NCBI GenBank assembly: GCA_964548625.1
Contig: CAZJRY010000002.1
Coordinates: 28,206-92,205 of the forward strand
DNA: 64,000 nucleotides
Direction of reading: 5' to 3'
Source: an uncultured Mediterraneibacter sp.
GTDB taxonomy: Bacteria; Bacillota; Clostridia; Lachnospirales; Lachnospiraceae
The position numbers and the translations under genes are program-made. The notes beneath the pieces are model-generated. The model saw only the letters and a list, made by a program, of their open reading frames with translations, made no database searches and was not told the DNA's origin. Shown here piece after piece: positions 32,986 through 42,713 of this stretch. The number at the start of each line of letters is the position of its first letter. The stretch's first letter is position 1.

Positions 32986-34332
32986 TTATAGCTGTTCTAC
33001 AAGTTCTTTGAATTTATCTCCGCGTTCTTCATAATTCTTAAACATACCCCAGCTCGCGCACGCGGGCGAAAGAAGCACCGCATCTCCGGGCCGCGCATAT
33101 TCCGCACATTTTTCAAAAGCTTCCTCAAAGCTGTCCGCCATCACGATATCCGTAAAACCGAGACCGCGCGCCGTCTGCGCGATCTTCTCCCTTGTCGCGC
33201 CGATGAGCACCAGTTTTTTCACCTTGCCGTCAAACGCCCGGATCCATTCGTCATAGACAGACTCTTTATCATATCCGCCCGCGAGCAGCACAGTCGGGCG
33301 GTCCATTGCCCGGATCCCCCTGATCGCCGCGTCGGGATTTGTCCCTTTGGAATCATTATAATAGGCGACGCCGTTCTTCTCGGCAACAAACTCGATCCTG
33401 TGCTCCACTCCCGGGAATTCTTTAAGCGTCTTTCTGATCACATCCACGGGTGCCCCATATGCATATGCCATCGCCACGGCCGCCATCGCGTTCTCATAAT
33501 TATGCATACCGAGGATCTGCAGTTCATCCGTATCACAGACAGACACCGGCTCATCTATCCGGCATACGATCGTCTTTCCGTCTAAGTATACGCCTCTGTT
33601 AAGTTTACGCCGGCTGCTGAAATATAGAACTTTCGCGTTCACCTTTTCTCCGAATCCGCGCAGAACATCGTCCTCATAATTGAGAACGCAGTAATCTCCC
33701 GGCGTCTGATTCTCCGCGATCCGTTCCTTTGCGGCAATATAAGCTTCCATTGTATGGTGCCTGTTCAGGTGATCCGGCGTGATATTGAGGATCGCGCTGA
33801 CTGCCGGCCGGAAACTGCGTACCGTCTCAAGCTGAAAGCTGCTCATCTCCGCGACAATGACCGAATCGTCTGCAGTATCCGCCACGATACTTGTATAAGG
33901 CTTCCCGATATTACCGACTACAAAAACGCTCTCCTTCCAGTTATTCATGATCTGTCCGAGAAGCGACGTAGTCGTTGTCTTTCCGTTCGTCCCCGTAACG
34001 GCGAGGACATCTCCCTTTCCGCATATATAGGCGAGCTCGATCTCTCCTATGACCGGAATTCCTTTTTCTTTCATCTGTTCCACTACCGGAAGATCCAAAG
34101 GGACCCCGGGACTTATCACGGTCAGATCCAGTTCGTCGAGTATTTCCTCCGGGAACGCGCCGAGTATGATCTCCGCGTTTTCCGGTATGCTCTCCCTGAT
34201 CTTCGCTTTATCAAGTTTTTCGTTTCCGTCATAGAGGATCACGCGCGCCCCTTCTCTGACAAGCAGGACCGCAGCGGATTCCCCGCTGATACCGGCTCCG
34301 AATACAAGTACCTTCTTTTCTTTTAATTCCAT
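32986..34332 (-). CDS. murD: UDP-N-acetylmuramoyl-L-alanine--D-glutamate ligase
   Basis: VTGTNGKTTTT, EMSSFQL, NITPDHL, HRIE, NDSKGTN, LSPACASW. Confidence 0.97.
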   Translation of the reverse strand: MELKEKKVLVFGAGISGESAAVLLVREGARVILYDGNEKLDKAKIRESIPENAEIILGAFPEEILDELDLTVISPGVPLDLPVVEQMKEKGIPVIGEIELAYICGKGDVLAVTGTNGKTTTTSLLGQIMNNWKESVFVVGNIGKPYTSIVADTADDSVIVAEMSSFQLETVRSFRPAVSAILNITPDHLNRHHTMEAYIAAKERIAENQTPGDYCVLNYEDDVLRGFGEKVNAKVLYFSSRRKLNRGVYLDGKTIVCRIDEPVSVCDTDELQILGMHNYENAMAAVAMAYAYGAPVDVIRKTLKEFPGVEHRIEFVAEKNGVAYYNDSKGTNPDAAIRGIRAMDRPTVLLAGGYDKESVYDEWIRAFDGKVKKLVLIGATREKIAQTARGLGFTDIVMADSFEEAFEKCAEYARPGDAVLLSPACASWGMFKNYEERGDKFKELVEQL

Positions 34333-34336
34333 TGTA

Positions 34337-35293
34337 TTATACCCCCATCAGAGCGATCAGGCAGAGCAGGGCCGTGATGACAGAGAACACTGCCACCACT
34401 CTTGTCTCCGACCAGCCGCAGAGTTCGAAATGATGGTGGATCGGCGCCATCTTAAAGATGCGCTTTCCGCCGGTCTTTTTAAAATAAGTGACCTGGATGA
34501 TAACAGACGCCACCTCCGCCAGATAGATAAACCCTACGATAATAATGAACAGCGGCATCTGCATCATGTACGCGGTCCCTGCCACGAATCCGCCCAGAGC
34601 CAGAGATCCGGTATCTCCCATGAACACACTGGCCGGATATACATTAAAGAGGAGAAAACCGAGCAGAGCCCCTACCACCGCGCATGTGACCGGCTCGATC
34701 CCGCTCTCCGTCCCGATCGCGACAACGGTAAAAAACGTAGCGACAAGCACTGTGACGCTGGACGCGAGACCGTCAAGTCCGTCTGTAAAATTGGTGCCGT
34801 TGACTGTTCCGATCACCGCGAAGAACAGGACCGGCACCGCCAGCCAGCCGATATCCCAGTAATAACCGCCGGAGAACGGGACAAGCATCGTCAGCGGAAT
34901 TCCGGCCACTTCCACCAGATAAAACGCGAAAACAGCGGTAACTATGATCTGCAGCGCCATCTTCTGCATCGGCATCAGGCCGTCGGAACGTTTAAGTACG
35001 ACTTTCAGATAATCATCCAGAAAACCGATCAGTCCGAACGCGACCGTAAGGAACAGCACCGGTATGATACGGGGATAATCCCTTACATAAAATATCGAGG
35101 TAACAATAACGGAGATAAGAATGATGATGCCGCCCATCGTAGGCGTCCCCGCCTTCTTCAGATGGGACTGCACCCCGTCCGTCCGTTCCGTCTGTTTCAT
35201 CTTAAGTTTTCTTAAAAAAGGAATGACGACCGGCCCCAGTACAAGGCTTACGGCAAATGATACCAGCACCGGAATCACTACATGACTACTCAT
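34337..35293 (-). CDS. mraY: Phospho-N-acetylmuramoyl-pentapeptide transferase
   Basis: KAGTPTMGG, GFLDDY, NFTDGLDGL, FMGDTGSLALG, MAPIHHHFE. Confidence 0.98.
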   Translation of the reverse strand: MSSHVVIPVLVSFAVSLVLGPVVIPFLRKLKMKQTERTDGVQSHLKKAGTPTMGGIIILISVIVTSIFYVRDYPRIIPVLFLTVAFGLIGFLDDYLKVVLKRSDGLMPMQKMALQIIVTAVFAFYLVEVAGIPLTMLVPFSGGYYWDIGWLAVPVLFFAVIGTVNGTNFTDGLDGLASSVTVLVATFFTVVAIGTESGIEPVTCAVVGALLGFLLFNVYPASVFMGDTGSLALGGFVAGTAYMMQMPLFIIIVGFIYLAEVASVIIQVTYFKKTGGKRIFKMAPIHHHFELCGWSETRVVAVFSVITALLCLIALMGV

Positions 35294-35371
35294 AAATCCA
35301 CCTCTTCATCTCTTTCGTTTCACACAGGGACAGCCTCCCCTTTGAGCATCTTATTCAGTATATACCATCAC

Positions 35372-37096
35372 TTAACTTTTTTCAATCCCGAGATACGGCA
35401 GTATATTGTCATATATATCCCTCAGGACAGGCGCGGCGATCGTGCCTCCGTAGTAAACTCCCTGAGGATCGTGTATGATAACAATGCCCAGGATCTGCGG
35501 ATCGTCCGCCGGCGCAAATCCGATGAAAGAAGCAATGTACTTGTTCGCACTTCTCGGCAGCGTCTGGGACGTCGCCGTCTTGCCTCCGATCGAGTATCCT
35601 TCTATATACGCGTTATTGCCGGATCCCTCAGATACTACGCTTTCCAGCAGCATCTGCATCGTCCGGGAGGTCTCTTCCGATACGATCCCCTTCTCTGTCT
35701 CATATTCAAAAGTCTCCACGGTCTCACCGTCTGCATCAAGCACTGCCATGCCGACGTGAGGCGTCACCCGCGTGCCGCCGTTTATGAGCGAACTCACTGT
35801 CACCGCCATCTGAATGGGCGTCACCTGAAAAGACTGGCCAAACGTCATGGTCGCGAGTTCCACCGTCCCGATATCTTCTCTGTCGTGCATGATCGTCCCG
35901 GCTTCTCCGGGAAGGTCCACATTGGTCAGTTCAAAAAGTCCGAACTCCTCAAAATAATCGTAAAAACGATCCGAACCCAGTCTGAGACCGATATCTATAA
36001 ATACGGGATTGCAGGAATTCTGGAGCGCTTCCACAAATGTCTCCTGCCCGTGGCCGCCCACCTTGTGACACCGGATCTTCCGGTCTTCGACAATGCGGTA
36101 TCCCGGACATACAAACGTATCGTCCAGCGATACCACTCCTTCTTCCAGACACGCGGAAGACGTAATAATCTTAAATGTGGATCCAGGTTCATAGGTGTCA
36201 TTGATACAGCGGTTTCTCCACATCTGGTTGAGCTGTTCCTGAAGTTCTTCGTCCGTGAGCGAATCCTCATCCACGTCTGTGTTCAGTTCGTACGGATTAT
36301 TCAGATCAAATTCCGGAACATTTACCATCGCATAGATTTCTCCGTTCTGCGGGTTCATCAGCAGAATTGATACGGCTTCCGCCTGCTTTTCTTCCATTAC
36401 GTTTTCGGCAGCCTGCTGGCAGTACGCCTGTATATTATAGTCAAGACTCACCTGAAGCGTCTCTCCGGCAACCGGTTCGATCCTGTCTTCGGCAACTCCT
36501 TCAAGTTCGATCCCCCGCGCGTCCGTCACCGTCAAAATCGTTCCGTTGGTTCCTTTCAGATAATCCTCGTACTTTACTTCCAAGCCGATGATCCCCTGAT
36601 TGTCGCTGCCGGTAAAACCGAGCACTTTTGAGGCAAGGTCGCCGTAAGGATAATACCTCCTGTAATCCTCGTCCACTTTGACCCCCGCAAGATCATAGTC
36701 GCGGATCCTGTCGCCGATTTCCTTGTCCACGTTCGTCTTGATCTTTTCCATGGAGGATACCTTCTCGACTTTTTCCCGGACGTCTTCCTCTTCCAGCTCA
36801 AGCTCCCCGCAAAGCACTTCTATGACCCGCTCGGGATCCTCGATCTGACTGTGGATCACTGATATGGTGCACACCGTCCGGTTTGTCGCCAGAACCACGC
36901 CGTTCCGGTCCACGATCTCCCCTCTGGCCGCCTTGATCTCGCGTTCCCTCTCGTGCAGATCCTGCGCCAGTTCCTGATAATACTCCGCGTCAAAGATCAT
37001 CAGCCAGACCAGCCTTCCGATCAGCGCGCACAGGATCAGCGCGGCAAAGATAAACACAATGAGTATTTTCTTCTTATTATATGTTTTGTTTTTCAT
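35372..37096 (-). CDS. Class B penicillin-binding protein, SpoVD-like
   Basis: RGEIVDRNG, EPGSTFK, SCN, KTA. Second of two tandem class B PBPs. Confidence 0.88.
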   Translation of the reverse strand: MKNKTYNKKKILIVFIFAALILCALIGRLVWLMIFDAEYYQELAQDLHEREREIKAARGEIVDRNGVVLATNRTVCTISVIHSQIEDPERVIEVLCGELELEEEDVREKVEKVSSMEKIKTNVDKEIGDRIRDYDLAGVKVDEDYRRYYPYGDLASKVLGFTGSDNQGIIGLEVKYEDYLKGTNGTILTVTDARGIELEGVAEDRIEPVAGETLQVSLDYNIQAYCQQAAENVMEEKQAEAVSILLMNPQNGEIYAMVNVPEFDLNNPYELNTDVDEDSLTDEELQEQLNQMWRNRCINDTYEPGSTFKIITSSACLEEGVVSLDDTFVCPGYRIVEDRKIRCHKVGGHGQETFVEALQNSCNPVFIDIGLRLGSDRFYDYFEEFGLFELTNVDLPGEAGTIMHDREDIGTVELATMTFGQSFQVTPIQMAVTVSSLINGGTRVTPHVGMAVLDADGETVETFEYETEKGIVSEETSRTMQMLLESVVSEGSGNNAYIEGYSIGGKTATSQTLPRSANKYIASFIGFAPADDPQILGIVIIHDPQGVYYGGTIAAPVLRDIYDNILPYLGIEKS

Positions 37097-37101
37097 ACTA
37101 T

Positions 37102-37155
37102 AATAACCCCGCAGAAGATATTGTTACAACTTATTACATCTTCTGCGGGGTTATT
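37102..37155. terminator. Perfect 18-bp inverted repeat (18-nt loop) between the two PBP genes
   Basis: AATAACCCCGCAGAAGAT ... ATCTTCTGCGGGGTTATT, ending 5 nt before the downstream ATG. Confidence 0.6.
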
Positions 37156-37162
37156 CCTTTTT

Positions 37163-39034
37163 TTACTCGGACGTATCTTCACTTTCCCCGATCGTCGTGA
37201 TGCCTAGATAAGGGAACGCCTCTTCCATGATCGCTTTCGCGAGCCCCAGAACAAGCGAGCTGTCCGCCTGCGCGTCCGTATTGGGCTCATCGATCACTAC
37301 ATAGATCACAACTTCCGGATCGCTCGCCGGCGCGCATGCTATATAGGACAGCAGATAATTTCCGTCTCCGCGGGGAAGTTTCTCCGCTGTTCCCGTTTTG
37401 GCGCCGATCTCGTACCCGTCCACCTGAGCCGACTGTCCCGTGCCGTAATCAGTCGTCGCTTTCAGATACTCTCTTATCAGTTCCGACGTCTCCGAGGAAA
37501 CGGTCTTTTTCAGGAGTACCGGATCCTGCGTCTCGATCACATTGCCGTCCTCATCCCGGATCTGCTTTACAATATGGGGCTCGTAATAATATCCGCCGTT
37601 GACAAGGGAACAGAACGCGGATACAAGCTGTGTCATAGTCACATTGAAATTCTGTCCGAAAGAATTCGTTGCCAGATCAATATCGGTCATATCGTCCGCA
37701 CTGTAGAGCAGACTCGACGTGTCCGCCTCGCCGGGAAGATCGATCCCCGTATATTCGCCAAATCCGAATATACTCTGATATTTTGTGAAATTATCTGCCC
37801 CTATCTCAAGCGCCATATCCATAAGCGCCACATTACAGGAATACGCCAGGGCGTCCTCTACCGTCTCTGTCCCGTGTCCGTCCGTGCGTGCGCAATTGAT
37901 CTGCGTCCCCAGAACTTCCTTGGAACCGCTGCAGTAATAAGTCTCATCTCCCGTAAGAATTCCCGTTTCCAGTCCGGCCGCTATCGTGAAAGGCTTTGCG
38001 GTAGATCCCGGTTCATAAGCGTCGCTGACACAGAAGTTCCTCCACAGGTCATTCATGGCTTCAACCTGTTCATCCTCTGACATCGCCTCCCACTCTTCGT
38101 CCGAATACAGGATTGAGAGATCCCGCGGATTATTCAGGTCAAAATTCGGATAGGACGCCTCCGCGAGAATCTCACCCGTATCCGGATCCATTATGATAAC
38201 CGCCGTGTTCTCGCTTCCTGCGCTGTCATCATCCGCATACTCTTCGTTGAATTCGAGAATACATTCCTCCACGATGCTCTGGAGGGTCACATCTATAGTA
38301 GAAACGACCGTATTTCCGTTTTCTGCGGATTTCACTGTCCGCTCGATCGAGGAGTCCGTATCATAGTATCCGTATTCTCTTCCGTTTGTACCGTTCAGGA
38401 TATCATTATAGGCGCTCTCGATACCGATAGCTCCCACATTTCCCGAGTAGGTAAAACCGATCACATCACTGGCCAGACTTCCGTAAGGATACGTTCTCGT
38501 ATAATCCTCCTCGAGCCAGACTCCCCTGACGTCAGGATAATTCTCATCATCTTCATCGATCTCTTCGAACTTCTGCGCTGTCTCATAATCGATCCCCTCA
38601 GCCAGAATCACATACTGGCTCTCCGGACTGTTCTCTATCAGTTCGTCCACAACACTCCCGTCGATCCCGAAACACTCTTCCAATACAGCTTTCGTAGGTT
38701 CGATATAATCATCGCTGTCTCCGTAGTCTCTCAGGACCAGCACATCAAGTATCACATTATAGACCCGCTCGCTCGTGGCCAGCTTAGTCCCGTTCCGGTC
38801 CACGATATCCCCGCGCTTATAGGCGATCACCTGACTGTCATAGTTCTGCTGGTCAAGAACAATTTTTGTATAGATGTTTCCATTCGTGACATTGATCCAC
38901 GTGATCCTGCCTATAAGAACAACAAAAGCCAGTATCACTGCCATAAATAGCATTACCAGCTTTCGTTGCATTCTGAGCGGAAATTTTCTCTTCAAAAATA
39001 TAAATCTGTTTTTTTTCTTCTTCCTTCCGGCCAT
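37163..39034 (-). CDS. Class B penicillin-binding protein, FtsI/PBP2B-like
   Basis: RGDIVDRNG, EPGSTAK, SCN, KTG. Follows the ftsL-like gene. Confidence 0.9.
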   Translation of the reverse strand: MAGRKKKKNRFIFLKRKFPLRMQRKLVMLFMAVILAFVVLIGRITWINVTNGNIYTKIVLDQQNYDSQVIAYKRGDIVDRNGTKLATSERVYNVILDVLVLRDYGDSDDYIEPTKAVLEECFGIDGSVVDELIENSPESQYVILAEGIDYETAQKFEEIDEDDENYPDVRGVWLEEDYTRTYPYGSLASDVIGFTYSGNVGAIGIESAYNDILNGTNGREYGYYDTDSSIERTVKSAENGNTVVSTIDVTLQSIVEECILEFNEEYADDDSAGSENTAVIIMDPDTGEILAEASYPNFDLNNPRDLSILYSDEEWEAMSEDEQVEAMNDLWRNFCVSDAYEPGSTAKPFTIAAGLETGILTGDETYYCSGSKEVLGTQINCARTDGHGTETVEDALAYSCNVALMDMALEIGADNFTKYQSIFGFGEYTGIDLPGEADTSSLLYSADDMTDIDLATNSFGQNFNVTMTQLVSAFCSLVNGGYYYEPHIVKQIRDEDGNVIETQDPVLLKKTVSSETSELIREYLKATTDYGTGQSAQVDGYEIGAKTGTAEKLPRGDGNYLLSYIACAPASDPEVVIYVVIDEPNTDAQADSSLVLGLAKAIMEEAFPYLGITTIGESEDTSE

Positions 39035-39075
39035 ATCAATATATCCTTACTGTAAATCTGTCATACTGAGTTATC

Positions 39076-39618
39076 CTAACGGGACGCGTCGCTGGATGCC
39101 GCGAGAACCCCGCTCTCCGGAATGTCACTGTACTGTGTGACATAATCGTCTGACAGGCTCTCATATTCCACAACGGTGCCCTCTGATTCATACACCATCC
39201 CCATCTCGTTCATTGCTTTGTCGAATACTGTTTCCAGATCGACCGAATCAACAGCGGCATTATATCTTGTATCATTCTCCTCTGTAAGCTCGGCAAGTTC
39301 CTCCTGCAGTTCCGTAACATGTTCGGATCTGCTCACTACATCTGACTGCAGCTTCAGATACAGCACACATGCAAAGACCGCGCATACCGCCGCTGCCGTA
39401 AGAAATACAATATATGCCGGGCTGATACTCATAGCCCTGTTTCTGTTTCTTGCCACCCGGCGGCTTATCCTCGCAGGCTTTCCCGGACTTCCTTCCGGTC
39501 TCCCTGCCGGAACAGGCTCCGCACGGCGCACAGTATTCCCGTATACGTAAGGTTCTCTCCGATTTCCGGTCCTGCTGCCGTATTTTCTGTAATTGTGTGT
39601 ACGATACCGTGCTGCCAT
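39076..39618 (-). CDS. Cell division protein FtsL-like
   Basis: Basic cytoplasmic N-terminus, one TM helix, coiled coil (VTELQEELAELTEEN), between rsmH and the PBP gene. Confidence 0.7.
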   Translation of the reverse strand: MAARYRTHNYRKYGSRTGNRREPYVYGNTVRRAEPVPAGRPEGSPGKPARISRRVARNRNRAMSISPAYIVFLTAAAVCAVFACVLYLKLQSDVVSRSEHVTELQEELAELTEENDTRYNAAVDSVDLETVFDKAMNEMGMVYESEGTVVEYESLSDDYVTQYSDIPESGVLAASSDASR

Positions 39619-39702
39619 AGCGAACTGCCCCTTTCCTGTTTTTTTGTCCGTGCGGGTTCTCCCCTTCCCGTCAGGACGTGTATCTTAACTACTCCCTGTC
39701 AA

Positions 39703-40638
39703 CTATGTACGCTCAAATATCCGAAGTTTCGCGCTCTTTGAACGACTGTTGGATTTCAGTTCTTCCTCGCCCGGAAGAATCGGTTTTCTTGTCACCACTT
39801 TCCCCTTCGGCGCTTTTCCGCAGACACATACGGGGAAATGGCTCGGACAGATACATGGATCCTCATTCTTTCGGAATGCGCTTTTCACGATCCTGTCCTC
39901 CAGTGAATGAAATGTAATAATGCAGATCCGCCCTCCGGGATTCAACATATCGATCATATCATCCAGCGAATCTCTGAGAATGTCCAGCTCATGATTTAAT
40001 TCTATCCTGAGCGCCTGAAACGTCCGTTTCGACGGATGTCCCGATGTTTTCCGGATCTTCATCGGTATGGCGTGACGAATGATCTCATTCAACTGCTCTG
40101 TTGTCTCGATCGGCACTTTTTCGCGCTCCGCGACGATGTGTTTTGCAATATTCCTTGCAAATCTGTCTTCTCCGTAATCCCGGATCACGCGATAAAGTTC
40201 CGATTCACTGTAGTCATTGACAATGTCTCGCGCTGTCATCTTCTGCCGCCGGTCCATCCGCATATCAAGCGGCGCGTCCGCCCGGTAAGAAAAGCCTCTC
40301 TCAGCCGTATCCAGCTGATAGGAGGAAACTCCCAGATCAATGACGATCCCGTCAACTTTATCAATACCCAGTTCATGGAGCCGCGGCTTCATATCACGGT
40401 AATTGCTCCGTATTATCGTGACCTTCTCCCCGAATTCTTTCAGACGCTCTCCCGCCGCTGCTACAGCATCTTCATCCTGATCTATTCCTATAAATCTCCC
40501 CTTGTCATTCAACCGTCCGCACACTTCGTACGCATGTCCGCCGCCCCCCAGCGTGGCGTCCGCATAGATGCCGTCCGGTCTGACATTAAGCCCGTCCACT
40601 GTCTCTTTCAGAAGGACGGAAGTGTGTTTGAATGCCAT
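39703..40638 (-). CDS. rsmH: 16S rRNA m4C1402 methyltransferase
   Basis: [51 protein letters not shown]. Confidence 0.98.
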   Translation of the reverse strand: MAFKHTSVLLKETVDGLNVRPDGIYADATLGGGGHAYEVCGRLNDKGRFIGIDQDEDAVAAAGERLKEFGEKVTIIRSNYRDMKPRLHELGIDKVDGIVIDLGVSSYQLDTAERGFSYRADAPLDMRMDRRQKMTARDIVNDYSESELYRVIRDYGEDRFARNIAKHIVAEREKVPIETTEQLNEIIRHAIPMKIRKTSGHPSKRTFQALRIELNHELDILRDSLDDMIDMLNPGGRICIITFHSLEDRIVKSAFRKNEDPCICPSHFPVCVCGKAPKGKVVTRKPILPGEEELKSNSRSKSAKLRIFERT

Positions 40639-40652
40639 GATCTCCTCCTAAA

Positions 40653-41090
40653 TCAGATCCTGATCCCTATCGATTCCATACGCTCCGCAATAGCGTCCAG
40701 ATCCTCTTCGCTCACCTGACTGCGTTCTTCCCAGAGAGCCTTGTCCCAGATCTCGACACGATCCTGGACTCCTACCAGGACGACGTCTTTCTCCAGATGC
40801 GCGGCTTTTCTGAGCGACGGCGGGACCAGAACTCTCCCCTGCCGGTCGAAGCTGCCCTCAGACGCACTTCCGAAGAAATAACGCTTAAAGATTCTGGCAT
40901 CTTTGTTCATACGTGGTAAGGTTTCAAGCTCAGCGACGAATTTGTTCCATTCCTCCTGAGAGTATACAAAGAGGCAGCCTTCCAGTCCGTTACAGATGAC
41001 AAAACTGTCACCCAGGTCATCCCTCAGCTTTGCCGGGATGATGAGTCTTCCCTTTTCATCAATGCTATGGTTAAACTCTCCTAATAACAT
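40653..41090 (-). CDS. mraZ: Division/cell wall cluster transcriptional repressor MraZ
   Basis: Two AbrB-like repeats (IDEKGRLIIP, FDRQGRVLVP). Confidence 0.97.
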   Translation of the reverse strand: MLLGEFNHSIDEKGRLIIPAKLRDDLGDSFVICNGLEGCLFVYSQEEWNKFVAELETLPRMNKDARIFKRYFFGSASEGSFDRQGRVLVPPSLRKAAHLEKDVVLVGVQDRVEIWDKALWEERSQVSEEDLDAIAERMESIGIRI

Positions 41091-41130
41091 CCGGAATCCT
41101 TTCTCTTATTGTGAGTCTCCACATCGCTCC

Positions 41131-41201
41131 CCACTTTATACCACTATCCACCACTCTTTACCACTTGACACCATTCTAAACCACTGAATTCCCTTTTTCA
41201 A
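41131..41201 (-). promoter_or_regulatory. dcw promoter (TTGAAA-N17-TAGAAT) overlapped by six 10-bp-phased AGTGG boxes (MraZ operators)
   Basis: Plus strand has CCACT at 41131, 41141, 41151, 41161 and 41181, and CCATT at 41171. -10 at 41178..41173, -35 at 41201..41196. Confidence 0.85.
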
Positions 41202-41270
41202 CCCCTTTTTTTGATTTTTTTGTGTGGCGGATAACCGGAACCGGGCATTGAAAAACTCTGTTTCCGGGCA

Positions 41271-41317
41271 AAAAAAGAACATGTAGATGACGTGGTTTGC
41301 CATGTCATCTACATGTT
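41271..41317 (-). terminator. Terminator upstream of the dcw promoter
   Basis: AACATGTAGATGAC...GTCATCTACATGTT perfect 14-bp stem, followed by CTTTTTT on the minus strand. Confidence 0.75.
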
Positions 41318-41352
41318 GTGTTTTACTCTTATTCTTCTGTTTTTCAAAAAAA

Positions 41353-41673
41353 CTACTCTTCCGACTCATCAGAATCTTCAGTCTCGTCAGTCTCATCCGA
41401 CTCGCCGGACTCTTCCGAGTCGTCGGAATCTTCCTCTTCAGTCGAAAGATTATTCAGATAATCCGTGACCGCGTCATAGTTCACTTCCGCGACCACTCTC
41501 TCTATTCCCGATTCATAGATATCATATGCCGAATATCCCATCCATGCCACAACCGCCAGAACCACAAGCGAAAACATCGTCTTCCACATTACGCCCTTTA
41601 TCTTCTGCCTGCGCATGATCTTTTTTCTGTTTGCCTTTTGTTTTTTATATCTGTCAACCTTTTCCTGACTCAT
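41353..41673 (-). CDS. Hypothetical single-pass membrane protein (basic N-terminus, acidic C-tail)
   Basis: 106 aa with AAAGGAG RBS, TM segment MFSLVVLAVVAWMGY, D/E/S-rich tail. Confidence 0.8.
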   Translation of the reverse strand: MSQEKVDRYKKQKANRKKIMRRQKIKGVMWKTMFSLVVLAVVAWMGYSAYDIYESGIERVVAEVNYDAVTDYLNNLSTEEEDSDDSEESGESDETDETEDSDESEE

Positions 41674-41742
41674 CTCGTATGGCTCCTTTCACCGGCCGCT
41701 GTTCCCACAACCGCCATTATTGACAGTTTACCACAATCAGGC

Positions 41743-42585
41743 TCAGAGTACAACTATTATTCCGCCGTCGTTAGCGTACATTGTGCTGATTCCGGCCGTA
41801 TCTACGATAAAACTGCCCTTTACATGAATCTTATCAATGATCATGCGCTCTACTTCTCTCGCCCGTTCCGGGCAGTTGCAGTGAGCGATCGCCAGAATCT
41901 TGTCTTTCGTCGCCTTTCCCTCCCTGACGATCTGATCCGCCATTTTCGCGAGCGCGCGTTTCACGCCGCGCGCCTGTCCGAGCTGACAGATCGTCCCTTC
42001 CGGGGTAGAGCCCATGACCGGCTTGATGTTCAGCGCGCTTGCGACAAATGACCTGATTCCGGTAAGCCGTCCGTTTTTCCTGAGAGTATCAAGATTCTCC
42101 AAGACAAAATATGTGTGCTGATCATCGATATATTCCTCTACGGTTCTCACTGTCTCGTCAAAATCGAGCCCCGCTTCCTCGCACTCCTGTATCTTCAGTC
42201 CGATCAGGGTCTCTCCCACCGACGCGGACCGGGAATTAAAAACATGGATCCGCTTCCTGTTTCCATGTTCCCCGATCCAGAGCTGTCTTCCCAGCTCCGC
42301 GCTGTTATAGGAACCGCTCAGTTCCGAGGAAAGTGTGACTGCATAGACCCTCTCCTCATTTCCGCTGTAAAGTTCTATATATTTTTCAGGCGACGGGCAG
42401 GAAGATTTCGGACATTCCGGGCTGACCGCCACACGGCGCAGAAAATCCGCCTGATCGAAAGACGCGTCGTCTACAATGATGTCTCCGTCTACCTCCATGC
42501 TGAGCGACGCCGTCTCATACACACCGCTTTCCTTCATTTTATGCGTCAGCTCCCCACAGCTGTCTACGATAATCTTATAATCCAC
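41743..42585 (-). CDS. DegV family fatty-acid-binding protein
   Basis: KIIVDSCGEL, KSSCPSP, LSSELSGSYNSA, FNSRSASVGE, LRKNGRL, YANDGG. Confidence 0.9.
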   Translation of the reverse strand: MDYKIIVDSCGELTHKMKESGVYETASLSMEVDGDIIVDDASFDQADFLRRVAVSPECPKSSCPSPEKYIELYSGNEERVYAVTLSSELSGSYNSAELGRQLWIGEHGNRKRIHVFNSRSASVGETLIGLKIQECEEAGLDFDETVRTVEEYIDDQHTYFVLENLDTLRKNGRLTGIRSFVASALNIKPVMGSTPEGTICQLGQARGVKRALAKMADQIVREGKATKDKILAIAHCNCPERAREVERMIIDKIHVKGSFIVDTAGISTMYANDGGIIVVL

Positions 42586-42713
42586 AATGATCCCTCCCGA
42601 ACTGTAAAGTATATCCAGAACTTCCGTTGCATGTAGTTTTCAATACTACATATAACTATATCATACATTCCCACAGAAAGAAAGGGTCTCCATGTGATTT
42701 TTATATAACCTTT

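Noticed and set aside
35372-37096. KTA instead of KTG as a sign of an inactive PBP
   Set aside because: SxxK and SxN are intact, and the third position of this motif can vary. There is not enough evidence to call it inactive.
41131-41190. 10-bp periodic repeats as iterons or a replication origin
   Set aside because: They overlap the mraZ promoter and match MraZ operators. No rep gene or DnaA-box cluster is nearby.
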